DNA from: Trichomonas gallinae
Taxonomy: Eukaryota
Assembly: GCA_008369845.1 (NCBI GenBank)
Contig: MRSU01004726.1
Span: 1 to 64,000, forward strand
DNA length: 64,000 nt
Direction of reading: 5' to 3'
Under the pieces are notes generated by a model. The model worked only from the letters and a program-made list of their open reading frames with translations. It made no database searches and was not told where the DNA came from. Positions 33,973-46,699 of the stretch are shown in pieces. Every line of letters starts with the position of its first letter. Position 1 is the stretch's first letter. A program made the translations under genes and the position numbers.

Positions 33973-35490
33973 CTATTTCTTTTTAGGTATCAATGCCTTT
34001 TTGAGAAGATCCAATAAGTCAGGGCAAATTACTGCTTTTTCTTGAGCAACTTTATAAGGTGTTTTTCCTTCAAGGTTCTTTATTGTTGCATCAGCACCAA
34101 TTTCAACCAAAAATAAAGCGAATTGGTAACTATTATAAACAGCACAAAGATGCAATGCAGTGTTTCCATCGTTGTCTTTGCTGTTTATATCAACTCCTTT
34201 CGCGAACAAAGGACGTGCAATATCAACAGCATCTTTACATGCGCAGTACATGAAAGCGTTTCTTCCATTAATATCTGTAATGGAAACATCCGCGTGCTCA
34301 ATGAGAAGCATGCGCGCGATCTGCACTGAGTTGCTTTCTGCAGCATACATCAGTGCTGACATTTTTAATGAGTTGATGACATTAACTTTCACACCATTAG
34401 ATATCAATAGGTTTGCAATTTTTGATGCACCATGTTTTGCAGCAATGTGCAACGGTGTGTTTCCATAAATATCCAGCGTAATGACGGAAGTTCCATTGTC
34501 AAGAAGTAATTGAACAGTTGCTGATTGATCGAAACGTGAACAAGCAGTACAAATTGCTGACTCATTCTTTTTCGTCATCGCAGAAGGTCTGCCGTTGGTT
34601 CTCAAGAAAAAGCTTACAATTTGCGTTGAATGAAATCTCGTTGAATAAGGAAGAGCACCTGATAAATAAATGAGGTGTGAAGCCCTATGAAAGAAATACT
34701 CTATGTTATAATACTTAACTGTTGATTCATATGTCGGTAACAAACCATATAAATCTTCTAGAAAACCTACAACTTCGTTATGATGAAATTCGGCGGCAGC
34801 ATTTATGCAAAGTTGAGTTGGGATATATTCATTATTCAAATTCCTTAGAAGTGTTTTAACAATCTTTATATTACCACCACTGCAAGCCAATGGAACTAAT
34901 TCTTGGGAAATCGGAATTTTGTTTAAAACTAAATATCTGAAAATATTATTTGCACCATATTTACATGCCCACTCAATAAGTGTTTTGCAGTTGTATTCCA
35001 TATTCCAATCGAAGTTTGGTCCTTGGCTTTGTATATATTTAGTAAAGTTTCTAATATCATCATCAAAAACCGATCGTAAGACATTATTTGAGTCATAAAG
35101 ATGGTACCTATCTTCTTTCGATAATGAAAACCATGGATTATAATTCGAATTCTTAGTAATACCTAATCTGGATTGAATTTCGGCATGTATAGGTTCTGAA
35201 CCACATAGATCTAATATTTTTTGCGTTTGGATCCGTTTTTTGCTTATAATTTTTTCTACCAAATCTGAATGTGCTTCAAGTCTGTGATAATCAGTGGCAC
35301 TTAGCGAAAATATGAGCTGTATAATAAATAAATCTTCGAGTAAGTACTTTTTTTGCCAAGCAAAAATTTGACCAATCAAATCTTGATCGGAATCTTTAAT
35401 ATTTCTAATCTTATTAACAATGATTACGTAATCTCCAAATTGTGTAAGCAGATTTTGCTTGACTGATGGGTTTGGAACATCTCCTATCAT
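33973..35490 (-). CDS. Ankyrin-repeat protein, ~505 aa
   Basis: Repeats GNTPLHIAA, SALMYAA, GRNAFMYC and GNTALHLCA. First ATG is at 35490, with initiator TCACTT at 35513-35508. Confidence 0.93.
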   Translation of the reverse strand: MIGDVPNPSVKQNLLTQFGDYVIIVNKIRNIKDSDQDLIGQIFAWQKKYLLEDLFIIQLIFSLSATDYHRLEAHSDLVEKIISKKRIQTQKILDLCGSEPIHAEIQSRLGITKNSNYNPWFSLSKEDRYHLYDSNNVLRSVFDDDIRNFTKYIQSQGPNFDWNMEYNCKTLIEWACKYGANNIFRYLVLNKIPISQELVPLACSGGNIKIVKTLLRNLNNEYIPTQLCINAAAEFHHNEVVGFLEDLYGLLPTYESTVKYYNIEYFFHRASHLIYLSGALPYSTRFHSTQIVSFFLRTNGRPSAMTKKNESAICTACSRFDQSATVQLLLDNGTSVITLDIYGNTPLHIAAKHGASKIANLLISNGVKVNVINSLKMSALMYAAESNSVQIARMLLIEHADVSITDINGRNAFMYCACKDAVDIARPLFAKGVDINSKDNDGNTALHLCAVYNSYQFALFLVEIGADATIKNLEGKTPYKVAQEKAVICPDLLDLLKKALIPKKK

Positions 35491-36096
35491 AATACACAAT
35501 CTTAGAAAAGTGACAAGAAATTAACAAATGACAAATAAAAATATACAATTTTTTACATGTCAAAATTCATAACTCATTTATTTTAATATTTGCCTTTTAT
35601 TTAATATAAATGTATGGCTCCTGGTCTTCTTAGTGAATTGCTTCCAAATTAATGCTACAGATACAGCAGAGTCATAAGAGTTACAAAGATGAAAATCTCA
35701 AAAAGATGATTTTTGACAAATGTCAGAATTTGAGCTTATTATAGATATCAATAGATATCACTATCGTTGCTTATACACATGAATACATTATTGTACATAC
35801 TCAATATTTAGTCTGTGTCTATACAAAAACAAAAAGTATTGCAGATGGGTTGTGTCTAACTACCCACATTATTTACAGCATACACAAATCTGACATGTAA
35901 ATTCTAAAATTATCTCACGCTACAAAACTACAGGAAAAATGAGGTTTCATTGTTGCACTGACAAAAATTCCAATAAATACATATACTGATATATAAGAAC
36001 TAATCTACACTAACTTTAATTACATGAGCCAATAAAATATCAAGTATCAAAACAAAAATCTTATTCTTTTCTAATCTAAACATTTTTTTTTTTAGT

Positions 36097-38064
36097 TTAT
36101 TCTAAAATCTTAACAAAGAAAACACCCTTAGTAAGGTCTTTCGCAGGCATCTTGTCAGCGAGAGGCACCCAATCTCCCTGGTTAACAACATACATCACAT
36201 CGACTCTGTCCGTGTCGAGAGTCTTGAACAGCTTAGGCTTAATCTCCTTGTAGGTTGTTCCTACGTCAAAGGCGAGTCTGAACGCGTCGTTCGTCAGCTT
36301 GAGTGGGTTCATCTGCTCAGCGATGACGAAAGAAAGAACACACGTATCTGCCAGAATCTTGAGCGAGTTCTGTGCAAAGAGCGGCGACTTCAAGCCGTCG
36401 AAAAGCATCATCGGGCTGAGCTTCTTGCCTTCACGCGTTTTCCCGAGCGTGCTTGGGAACACGTAGAGGCGTGGGCCCTGCTCCTGGAACGTGTAGAAGT
36501 CGATGTCCGGGAACTGGAACTTCTTCTGAGCGAACTGCACGAGCGCGTCCATAGTTTGGACTGTGTTGAATGAAAACTGGGCGTCTGTGGCCTGGTAGAA
36601 TGGCTCGACTTCGACGAACCTGATGCGCAGAACGTGGGCACCGTCGGGCACGCGTCCATCCGCCGTGAAGTAAAATTCAATGCTGTCCGATTCATCAGGA
36701 GGCGAAAAAGTATCAATTTTTTGATCATCGTCGGCAATTTGGTATGAGTCTCCATCCCAGTAGTATATGTATCTGTTCTTCTGCGGGAGATTGAGGGCGC
36801 CTGCGAGCGCGCGGTTGACGTAATCGCGAACAGCCGAAATCTTATGATATGGCGCAAAGTTGACTGAAATCTTATAGAAATCTGGCTTCGTTAAGTTGAC
36901 TAGATTGACTTTAATTGGCTTCGTCTGGATGAAGTCGTTGACGAATAAATTGGAGCCTGTGCAATCTCCGAGAAGTTCGCCGTTGTCTTCTGGGACTTCG
37001 ATTGGAGGGAAATCGAATAACTGGGTGTCATCTTGGCGGAAGTATATCTCAGCTGTATTGGCGCCTTTGGCAATGAGATTATTCCTCAAGCTTCTGATTG
37101 CGCCCTTATATTCTTCAGTTGAGCGGAATTGTACTTCAGGCATCTTCTGCATAGCCATCTTACTTGGATCGAATATTGTAATGTTGAGTGTGCGTGGAGA
37201 ATCTAATCTTACATTCTCAGCGCGTTCTAATTCTCTCTTCTTTATGAAAGAAATGGCTGATTCGGCCTTAACTGATTGTGCTGTTCCAGGCCTGAATGTT
37301 TCAATATTTGATTTTCCTTGAATATAAGCGACAAGAATTGTTGGTGTGGACGAATGGCGTGTTTCTTTTGATAATGTGAATTGTGGAAGTGCACTTATCT
37401 CTGTAGGATCAACGGAGAACCATCCTTTTGAGTCTTTCATGAACATAATAATTGAATTATCTCTGCCAGGCTGTTTTGCATTGCAGAACATGCAAAGCTG
37501 GTATTTTGTACTACAAAACTCTGTTAAATCGAGTGTTTCGCGTAATTTTAATGGAGTATCATTTTGATCTTCTCTTTCGATTCGAATGAAGAATAATTGA
37601 GGCGGTGTTGTTATTTCACCGAAATTACGAAACATTTTGTTGCCTGCTTTTAAGTCTTTTTTAAGAATATCATCGAGAAATTCGTTTTCATTGATTTTAA
37701 CTTTCAAATAAGGAACAACTTGGTCTGTGAAATGGATGTAGAAATACGGCATAAAGTTAGGAACAACATTATCATTGAGAGCCATTGATATTTTATAGCA
37801 TAAAAGTTCTAATGCGTCAAAAAGTGAATAACTTCTTCCAATTCTTGGACATATTTCTCTATTTATAGCATCGGATGATATATCTGAGACATTATCTTCT
37901 ATTTGCGTTCTAATATCTTGAATAATTTGAATTAATTGGTCTTGGCAGCCTTTTTCGATCTTTCTCGTTATTTTATCCATGATAGGCTTGATCCTTATGA
38001 CCAACTGGGTGAGGCATTCGACGGAGTTGTACGGAGTCCGTGGCTGAAGCACTCCCCCTATCAT
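36097..38064 (-). CDS. Probable inactive ubiquitin-specific-protease-like protein with C-terminal ubiquitin-like domains, ~655 aa
   Basis: PPQLFFIRIER...LDLTEF...YQL...GWFSVD...ILVAY follows USP C-terminal box spacing but lacks the GHY His-box. First ATG is at 38064. Confidence 0.55.
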   Translation of the reverse strand: MIGGVLQPRTPYNSVECLTQLVIRIKPIMDKITRKIEKGCQDQLIQIIQDIRTQIEDNVSDISSDAINREICPRIGRSYSLFDALELLCYKISMALNDNVVPNFMPYFYIHFTDQVVPYLKVKINENEFLDDILKKDLKAGNKMFRNFGEITTPPQLFFIRIEREDQNDTPLKLRETLDLTEFCSTKYQLCMFCNAKQPGRDNSIIMFMKDSKGWFSVDPTEISALPQFTLSKETRHSSTPTILVAYIQGKSNIETFRPGTAQSVKAESAISFIKKRELERAENVRLDSPRTLNITIFDPSKMAMQKMPEVQFRSTEEYKGAIRSLRNNLIAKGANTAEIYFRQDDTQLFDFPPIEVPEDNGELLGDCTGSNLFVNDFIQTKPIKVNLVNLTKPDFYKISVNFAPYHKISAVRDYVNRALAGALNLPQKNRYIYYWDGDSYQIADDDQKIDTFSPPDESDSIEFYFTADGRVPDGAHVLRIRFVEVEPFYQATDAQFSFNTVQTMDALVQFAQKKFQFPDIDFYTFQEQGPRLYVFPSTLGKTREGKKLSPMMLFDGLKSPLFAQNSLKILADTCVLSFVIAEQMNPLKLTNDAFRLAFDVGTTYKEIKPKLFKTLDTDRVDVMYVVNQGDWVPLADKMPAKDLTKGVFFVKILE

Positions 38065-38339
38065 ATGTTTTACAATCGTTAAGTTTACAAAAACGCTTAA
38101 AAACTGACATTTTAAACGTCTTCGATATTTTTTAAGGGTCTGCAAATTTATCGCAGGGGATATTTAAAATACTTACATTAAACAAAAGATGGGGCATTGA
38201 TGAATATATTTAGCAGAATTGGTAGGGATGCAAATTCGGAAGATATTCTGGAAATTTCCCAAACTCCATTTTCGCTATCTTCCAAAAATAACCTTTTATT
38301 GAGTTTCATTTTTTGACAAATAAAATATTTACTAGGCAA

Positions 38340-38870
38340 AAAGAGTGTACTCTTTTCTTAGATGGATCCATGGATATTTCCAACAAGAATAAGCAGCATA
38401 TTGAACACATTTCGCATGTGAAATGTATGTGGAGTCAATGAGCTGATCTCCACCTTGAATGTCAACACAACTATCATATCCTGTTCGAAAGAGAACTTTC
38501 AATAATATATAACTTTTGTTCGATGTTTAAACATGTGAGTGACATCCCCATACATATCCTGTGTTAGGTATTGGATGCAGGAGTCACTGTTGACGAAGAT
38601 AGATCCACCACTATCAGTGGATGATGAACATGAAAAGAAAGATTCGGATGTTAAAAACTAAATTGTAACTTTATTTGTGATTTATATGGATCCTTCCGTT
38701 TGAAAATCAATGAATTCGGCTTCTTTCAAAGACAAAAATTTTGCCTGGTTTAGTAATTCGTGTTTTTTGTGTATGATTGTATGGCGTATATTCAACTCCT
38801 CGACCAAAGAAATGAGTACATACATCGTCATCTTTATGTAGTGAAATAAATGAATGATATATTTATAGAT
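38340..38870 (-). pseudogene. Decayed copy of the beta-helix-like family
   Basis: The minus strand reads LTSESFFSCSSSTDSGGSIFVNSDSCIQY and ISHAKCVQYAAYSC, matching LTSETLFSHSRSEAKGGSIYAKYDSCIQY and ISH...AAYNC in the 1-880 relic. It contains several stops and frameshifts. Confidence 0.7.
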
Positions 38871-39136
38871 TGTTTTTGGAAAATTTAAAATCGTATATTT
38901 TATTGCATGTAAATTCTAGAAATTATGTTTATTTGATGCATTGTACTAAGTAGAATTGTTGCTTAAATAAAAATTCGGTCTCTAAAGAAAAGAATTTCGA
39001 TGTAAGAAATGTCACCTTTACCTAAGAAATACTCCGAAATTTACCACTTTACAATGTAAAAGTCAGATGTGGTTTGAAATGTGACAAAACGACAGAATTC
39101 CTCTCAAAACAACAAAGTGTCAGATTTGCCATATCT

Positions 39137-42100
39137 ATGTTTTCTGAAGAAAATCTGGCATGGATTTTGAGTGCCAAATTCATAGATATTCCTCGGGATA
39201 ACGACGACAAAGCTCCGAGCACATATAATATCAACATATTTCCGACATATTCACAGGAAATGGTAAATAATATCGTTTTACATTTTAATAATGAAGTTAT
39301 TTTTCTAAATCTCTTAATAAGTTGGCCTAAAGACATTGCATACTTGATTAATTTTATACAAGAATTGCTTAAAAACATCAATAAAGATCCCGACAGACTT
39401 GAAAACACATCAATATTCATTTTAAAGACATTAGTGTCGTATTATATTGCTTCTAAACAAGCAAAACAGCCAACATTTTACAAAGTAATCATGTCTTCCC
39501 TTAACCTAATAACAAATTTACAAAACGATGAGAAAAAACAATTACTTTTTCTTCATATCATTAAGCATCATATGAAGGTGATGCCAGAACTCAATTCTTT
39601 TAATATAGAACAAATTCAGACCTATTTTAACATGATTAATAATATTTCGGATAGAATGTATAGCTACATCCCTGACTTTGTAAAGTATTCATTACAAGGA
39701 CGACCAAATATCATTAACAATAATGCATTGCGCCTTTTTGAAATTTTGAATAATTTATTCGATAATAGACCAAATTTCAGCATTCCTAGCAAGTCAGCAA
39801 CAGACATTGTCCTAATACTAAGCAATATCATATATAGTATCGAACCAAACTCTTTGCGTTTGTTTGAAAATCTTTGCCCAGAATTAACAACGTTTTACGC
39901 CTGCGAAATATTTAGATCTATTACTGCTAATATAGTAGATAAGATTTCTAAGTACCAAGACGATGTTCAATTCGTCGAAGACAAATTTATTTACATTGAA
40001 AAAATTCATTCGGAAATAGGAAAATATGATCCGAAACGTGAAAAGAGCTTCGATGAGAGCCTATATTCAGCATTAGTAATTCCTCAAGAGCCAGAAATTT
40101 TAATTCCGGAATTTCTCAAGGAAGGATTAAAGGTTTACACATCAATTGTTGCCAACAACCTCCATTTATTCAATGTGTTTATGACAAATTTCGATGCATA
40201 TGAGCTAACTCTTGAAAAAAATTACAAAATAATGGGATTAATTTTATACATCATTTCTCAGGCAAATGAACTTGATCCACCTTTTAGAATTAAGATGAAG
40301 AAGTTCTTTTCAAGGGATATTTTGTTCGATCCGAAGTTTCAAATATTCAAGCATAAAAATGATTGGCTAAACACAGCAAGAGACGAATATATAAAACATA
40401 TGATGACACATAATCTTGAATTTCACAAGCTATTGTCGAAATTAATGCATTTTCCCGAAATTTTTATCGAAACGCTTTCGAGATTGAGTTTTCATCCAGA
40501 AGCACTCATGAATGATGAAAAAGTAGTTGATAGAATCACAAAGTCATTGGTAGTGTTTTATAATAATGGAGATACAGAGATTTTCAATAATTTGATATAT
40601 AATATACTAATGTTGTTCTCTAACAATGATGCTGCATATTATTTGTTTAATAACAAAAAATTTGTTCTCACAATACTGACTTTATTGATAGGTTACAAGC
40701 TTGAAGATAAAATAGTTGAAATTTTCAAGCTATATCTAAAGGATAAAGGAGAAATCAATAAACAGATGTTCTTTGAATGCGTGTCTGAGCTTTTAGACAA
40801 GAATTTAGTTGATTTTAAAGATCAAAATATTATACATTTCGCAACTCTTCTTGTTAGACTTTCAATTGAGTTCCTTAGGTTCTTTAAAGATGAAAGGGAG
40901 AACATTATTAAGCTTTACAACGTATTTACACGACTTTTCCCATCTTTGCAAAATAATTTAGCTGGGAAACAGTTTTATATGCAGATTTTAGTTTTCATTC
41001 GTTCAACTGGATCTATTGCACAGCTAAAAACACATTCTTCATCAACATTGACTGCAATTGCGAAAAAAATTTTTACAGATAAGAAACAACTGATGCTACC
41101 TTTAGCGAGTTTAATGGCACAAGAGCCAGTGTACACTCTTGATACACCAATTGTCATTCGCTGCAATCAAGCAGTGAAAATAATGTTTGATGTTGTTGGC
41201 GAAGAGTCTTTAGAATATATTAAGATGCTTGTTAGCCATAGCCAGCGAAATAGAAATGCTGCTGTGATTACTAAGCTCGATCTCGCAATTATTCAAGCAA
41301 TTAAAAATAATAAGATAGATGCTGAGATTGGATTATCAGTGTTAATCAAAATATTGATAGAAAGATCATCTACACCTTCTGTTTATTCAATATTGAATCT
41401 TTTCGCAACATCAAATTCAGATGAATTCATGAAATACGGAAACGCTTTAATTTCATTAATACAAGATGAGAACAGGACGCCAATAACATACATTCCTGTA
41501 GATGGCAGTCATTCCATACAATACGTGAAACAGAATTTAAATCAAGGTTTTACTTTTATTACATGGATTCTGTTAGATGACACAGCAGAACAATCTGTTC
41601 CTATTATTCTTAAAGCTACAGATGAATATAATCATTGTTTCAAATTATTTGTCACCGACAAACTTCCACGTGTTTCATGGACACAGAATGCTCGTATAGG
41701 TGTTGAAGCAGCCAAATCCAAGCTTTCAACGCAAACCTGGTATTTTTATTCGTTATCATATTTAATTACGGAAAAAGGTATAATGATGTCAATAAACATC
41801 AACGGATTCTTTATTCCGATAGTTGGAGTCAACACGGCAAATGCATTAAAAGGAAAAGTTACTTTTATTTTCGCTGACATGGACGAAAAATCAAATACAG
41901 CCCCTGCAATTTTAGGTCCAATTCTCTTATATGACAATTTGAAGGAAGAAGAAATAATACAGATATACAATGGAGGCATGAAAAGTATCTTCCTATGGAA
42001 GAACTACGACTTCGCATACATCAAATCCAATAAAAGCTTCACAAAGCCAACAAGCTTCCTTTCTATCTTGTCGAGAAATATTGACACGTCAGTAATAATA

Positions 42101-44998
42101 CCTATGTTATTATTTGCAGACAAAACAAATGATATCAGATGCTTCCATTTATGCATCTAATGCATTTTCGAGATAATAATATCAAGTGCACAGGCTCAAA
42201 AACATTTCGTGAACATCAATGGATTCGAAATGTTTAGCATAATTCTCCAAAAACTTAAAAACAAGTGGATAAATTCATTCGTTTACAATGAATGTTTCAA
42301 AGTTTTGCAGAACATTAACAACGAGAAACTAAAAGAAAAACTAATAGAAAATATATTGATGAATGCTAACATTTGGCTTCGTGATACAACAGTAGATGAT
42401 TTGCTATATATAATAAAACAGTGGCACAAATTATTGGTCCATAATTATGCTGACATTTTCCCATCATTATTCACAATTCATGATTTTCTTGCTATCCTCA
42501 TTAAAATATCTGAAAAATATCCAGAGAACACAGATCTTAATCCACACTATCACATACTGATCAGTATAATGAGTTCATTGAATAATTTCACATTCGAGAA
42601 TTTCATCGAAATTATTTCAATTTTAATTGTCAGCAGCGACAAGAATTTCTGTGAACAACTCACTGTGTTTTTACACAACACAATTGCTGAGCACAGAGAT
42701 GAAATTGTTTGTGACAGAAGATTCGTCGCTTACATGGTTTCAGCTTTCGCAAATTGCCATGAATGTGTCAGAGAAATTTTAATGTTTACGATTTTGGATG
42801 CAAATTTGAATTTGTCTCCCGAAGACTTCGCAAAATGTTTAGCGACAATTATTGAATGCGATATAAATGAGAAAGAACTCAAACAATTGTTGGGATCAGC
42901 CACTAATTTATTGGATACTTATTGGGCAGTTTTTTATACTTTATTATCCAACTCACATTCATTGAATTTCCTTCCTCATATTTTCTCGGCAATTAATCTA
43001 AAAGAAGCAGTGAAAGACAGTTCTTTGCTGTTATGGATCTGCATTGGTTGCTATTCAAACAATCCAGAAACAGCCGAGAAAATCATCGAAAATCTTGCTT
43101 TAGTCAATGAAGCTGATTGGATTTATATCTTAGAAGCAATTGGCATCGTTGGATGTGCTTTGGGAATAAATCCAGAAAATATTAGATCAAACTTCGTTGA
43201 AGTCATTTTAGATAATGGAATCAATAATTCATTTGACAATTTTGCTGTTTTCAGGAAACTCGCACACAGACATGTCTGCTCTAGAACTCAATGGAAATTG
43301 CAAGAAAAAGCAACAAATGTGCAACAGTTTGTTACTAACTTAAAACATATTGAAGATATGCCAACAACAACAGGATTTAGAATCAGCAAAATGACGCCTT
43401 GGGAAGATGAAATTCTCACACAAAAAATTACAGAATTAGACATGACTTTTTTAGAGAACTCAATGATCAACACTTTACCGACAACAGAATTAAAAGAGAT
43501 GATTAGTGTTGCTCAAGGAATTTCTCTTAAATTTAGTAGTTTCAAACCAAGTGTTATTTATTCATTGTCTGAAATCACGAATTTTATTGATGACATTAAA
43601 TTGTCAGAACAAAAACAAAAGCTTCATGCTATGACATTCAAAGAAATGGTTTGGAATTCAAGTGACGGAAAACCATTCGAATTCACACCTTTCGAGAAGT
43701 TAAATGCTCATGGAACAACATGCAACAAGCCATCAATATTCTGCGGAAATTGCATTGTTTTGAGTGAAAATAATGCAAGACTTGATTGCAAACTTTATTT
43801 CAGTCATCAGTATTTGTCAATTACACAAGATGACAACTATTTCAAGAATTATATATTGAAAGGGATAAGAATTGTTAACATTATCAATGATTTCATGCAA
43901 ATAACTTTTGAATATGGAGTCATTTTAAAGCTGATTATTCCTTCTGCAATGATACCAACAGTTTGCGAGAAATTAGGAAATTTGGACAACAAGAAAGAAA
44001 CTGTTTTCTATCAAAAGATGATGGAGAAATGGAAAAACCACAGATTGACAAATATAGACTTGTTGTGGAATCTCAGATACACAAGAGGAATCACAGAAAA
44101 ATTATTGATAAATGAAAATCAAAGTTTGACGATTTTTAACAAAAACAAGCCAATTTATAACTTATCGATGGGAGTGAAAATCACAGAATCAATCAGTGAT
44201 TCAGAATATTTCTGTAATATTGTCAATGATTCTCAAATATTCTTATTCAGATTCACTCCACCGAGAGTTGAAATGAGAACACCACAAGTTTTCGATAAAA
44301 AGTTCAGAATTGAACCACAAACATCTGTTACAATTTCAGGAAAAAGGAATCCGACAATAGTAACAGCAACACATGCATACAAAATTGATATCGAGATGCA
44401 AGAAATCAAAAGATTGTCAACATTACCGAAGAAGCACTGGGAGTATTCTTCTGCTTCATCACAGATCAATTTCATGTTCGAAAATCATTTAGTTTCAAGG
44501 ATTCCTTTCTATTCATATGTTTTCACATCTTGTCTCGTCAAAAACACTGATGGTGTTTTTATTGCAGCAGGATGGCAGAACCATGTACACATTATTCATT
44601 CAAGCCATGGAATAATAAAATGCATACAAACACCAGGATTCACCGAATTAGTCACGATGACGCCACATTTGATGATTTTGGGTGTTGTTACACATGATAG
44701 CGATGTCATCGCCATCAGCTTCAGACTATCATCATTTTCCATGGAAGGATCACTGCTGAACACAATCACACTCATGAAGCCAGTTGTTAAGATAAGCAGC
44801 TTCTCAAATAAATTCGGCATCGAAACTTTATTGTTGATCGATACCGAAAATAGAATATCTATTTGCGATGCTTTTAGTCTTGAACTTATTTCAGTTTTTA
44901 TCGCAAAGTCGCAAATTATTGCGGCTCATTATGTTCAAGCTCATCATTGCTTAGTCATTGTATTAGCAAATGGGAAAATATATTTACAGAAACTTTAA
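39137..44998 (+). pseudogene. BEACH/Beige-family-like large protein gene (~1,950 codons) split by one in-frame TAA at 42158-42160
   Basis: ORFs 39074..42160 and 42209..44998 share a frame and the gap reads CI*CIFEIIISSAQAQKHFVNINGF. It contains a ConA/LamG-like segment (GFTFITWI...TWYFYSLSY), ILMNANIW, a BEACH-start-like W.NHRLTN..LL.NL and a WD40-like C-terminus. Confidence 0.7.
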
Positions 44999-46699
44999 AA
45001 ATTTAGATCATCTTTGCAATTTATTTATAATGTAGGAAATGGACTAGCCAGTTCATTTTTCTATACATTTTTATCAGTGTTGAGTGCGTCATATCATGTT
45101 GTATTTAACTATAAAAGGGAGATTTAGTTTTTGTTTGTTTAAATTTATTTTGTCATGTAAATATTTTTTTGCCACTGTAAAGTTTATTATTGACAAAGTC
45201 ACCTCAAAATAATACATAATTAATATATAATTTTATACGAAAAGGAGCGTGTGTTAAGAAAATTTTACAATTCAATGAGATATATCAAAAATTTCTACGT
45301 CCTTTCAAAAATTTTAGAACTTTTTCAGAGAAGTGGAGCGGTTTTCTGAAAATGATGCAACATATTTTTGAATACCATGAATTGTAAATATATGCGAAAG
45401 TTTCACTAAAAAATCTTCCGGAGCGGAGATATTCCTTACCACTAGGTGAGTACGGAAATACTGTCAAATATGGATATAAAAACACTAATATAAAACTCGA
45501 AAATTACTCGTTCAACCTATGTTTTTATTATAATTTTTGAAATAGTTTATGATCTTAAATCGAAAGTTGCGATTAGTGGAAGAATATCCTAAATAATATA
45601 TATTTAGTAATTATAAATTTGGAAATTAATGAGAAATTTATTATATAGTGTCTATTTGGTGCTTTAAGGCCAGAATATTTATAATAAATTGGTGGTTGAA
45701 ATTGAAAATGAATATTTTTGACTTTGCTTCATGGCAATATATTAAAGTGTTGATAATCATCTATTTCCTTTATTTAAATTTTATTTTCTCAGAATATTTA
45801 AATGGAATTTCATATGTCGAAAAATCGTATAAATTGCTTCGTAGTTTATGGTTAAGAAGCAATGCATAATCTAATCACATTTTTATACTTCATAAAGCAA
45901 ATTATCATTATCGAAAATATAATTACCCGAAACTATTAAAGGAATAATTGATTTTAGCGCCATATCACCATAATAAATCGATAATAGCGAATCAGTTATC
46001 GATTAATCAATTACAGTTAAAGTTCATCGTATTTGGTTATGGATTTGACAAGTAACGTTAAATTTTTGAATGAAATTTAATAATAATAAACATAATATTA
46101 ATAATAAACATATGTAGACAAGTGAAAAGTATTTTATGAAAATCATAACGTTAATTTTTTAAAACTCACATTTAACATTCAATAAATGCATTGATATTCT
46201 CCAAAACAGATAATCTTTTGAAAGAAAATAACGTATTTTGATTTTCACAGTTATGATCAACTATTATAATTTTCAATCAGTGTCTAATAAAGAGTAGAAT
46301 TATAGTTGGCCGGCAAATATTTTATACAAACAAAATAAAGAATAAAATTACCAACAACAAAGAGTTAATCATTGGCTTCAATATGTTAAAATTTTACGAT
46401 GGATAATTATTTTGAATGCAATACAACAAATAGTTTTTTTTTTTTCAGAAATTTTAATATTATTTTAATATTAATATTATTTCAATTCTATTTTTATATG
46501 AATTCTAATATCAAAAGGACTCTCAGTATATCTAACGATAACTTTTGAAAATTAAATACAAAATCAATTCATCAAAATATTTGAGAACTTTTCAAAATAC
46601 AATAATTGCAAATGCATTATATAACACAACTATCATAAATTTTCGTGATATATTTGGAGTTTGAAATAAATATTCAATTTTTGATTTATATTTAATAAA

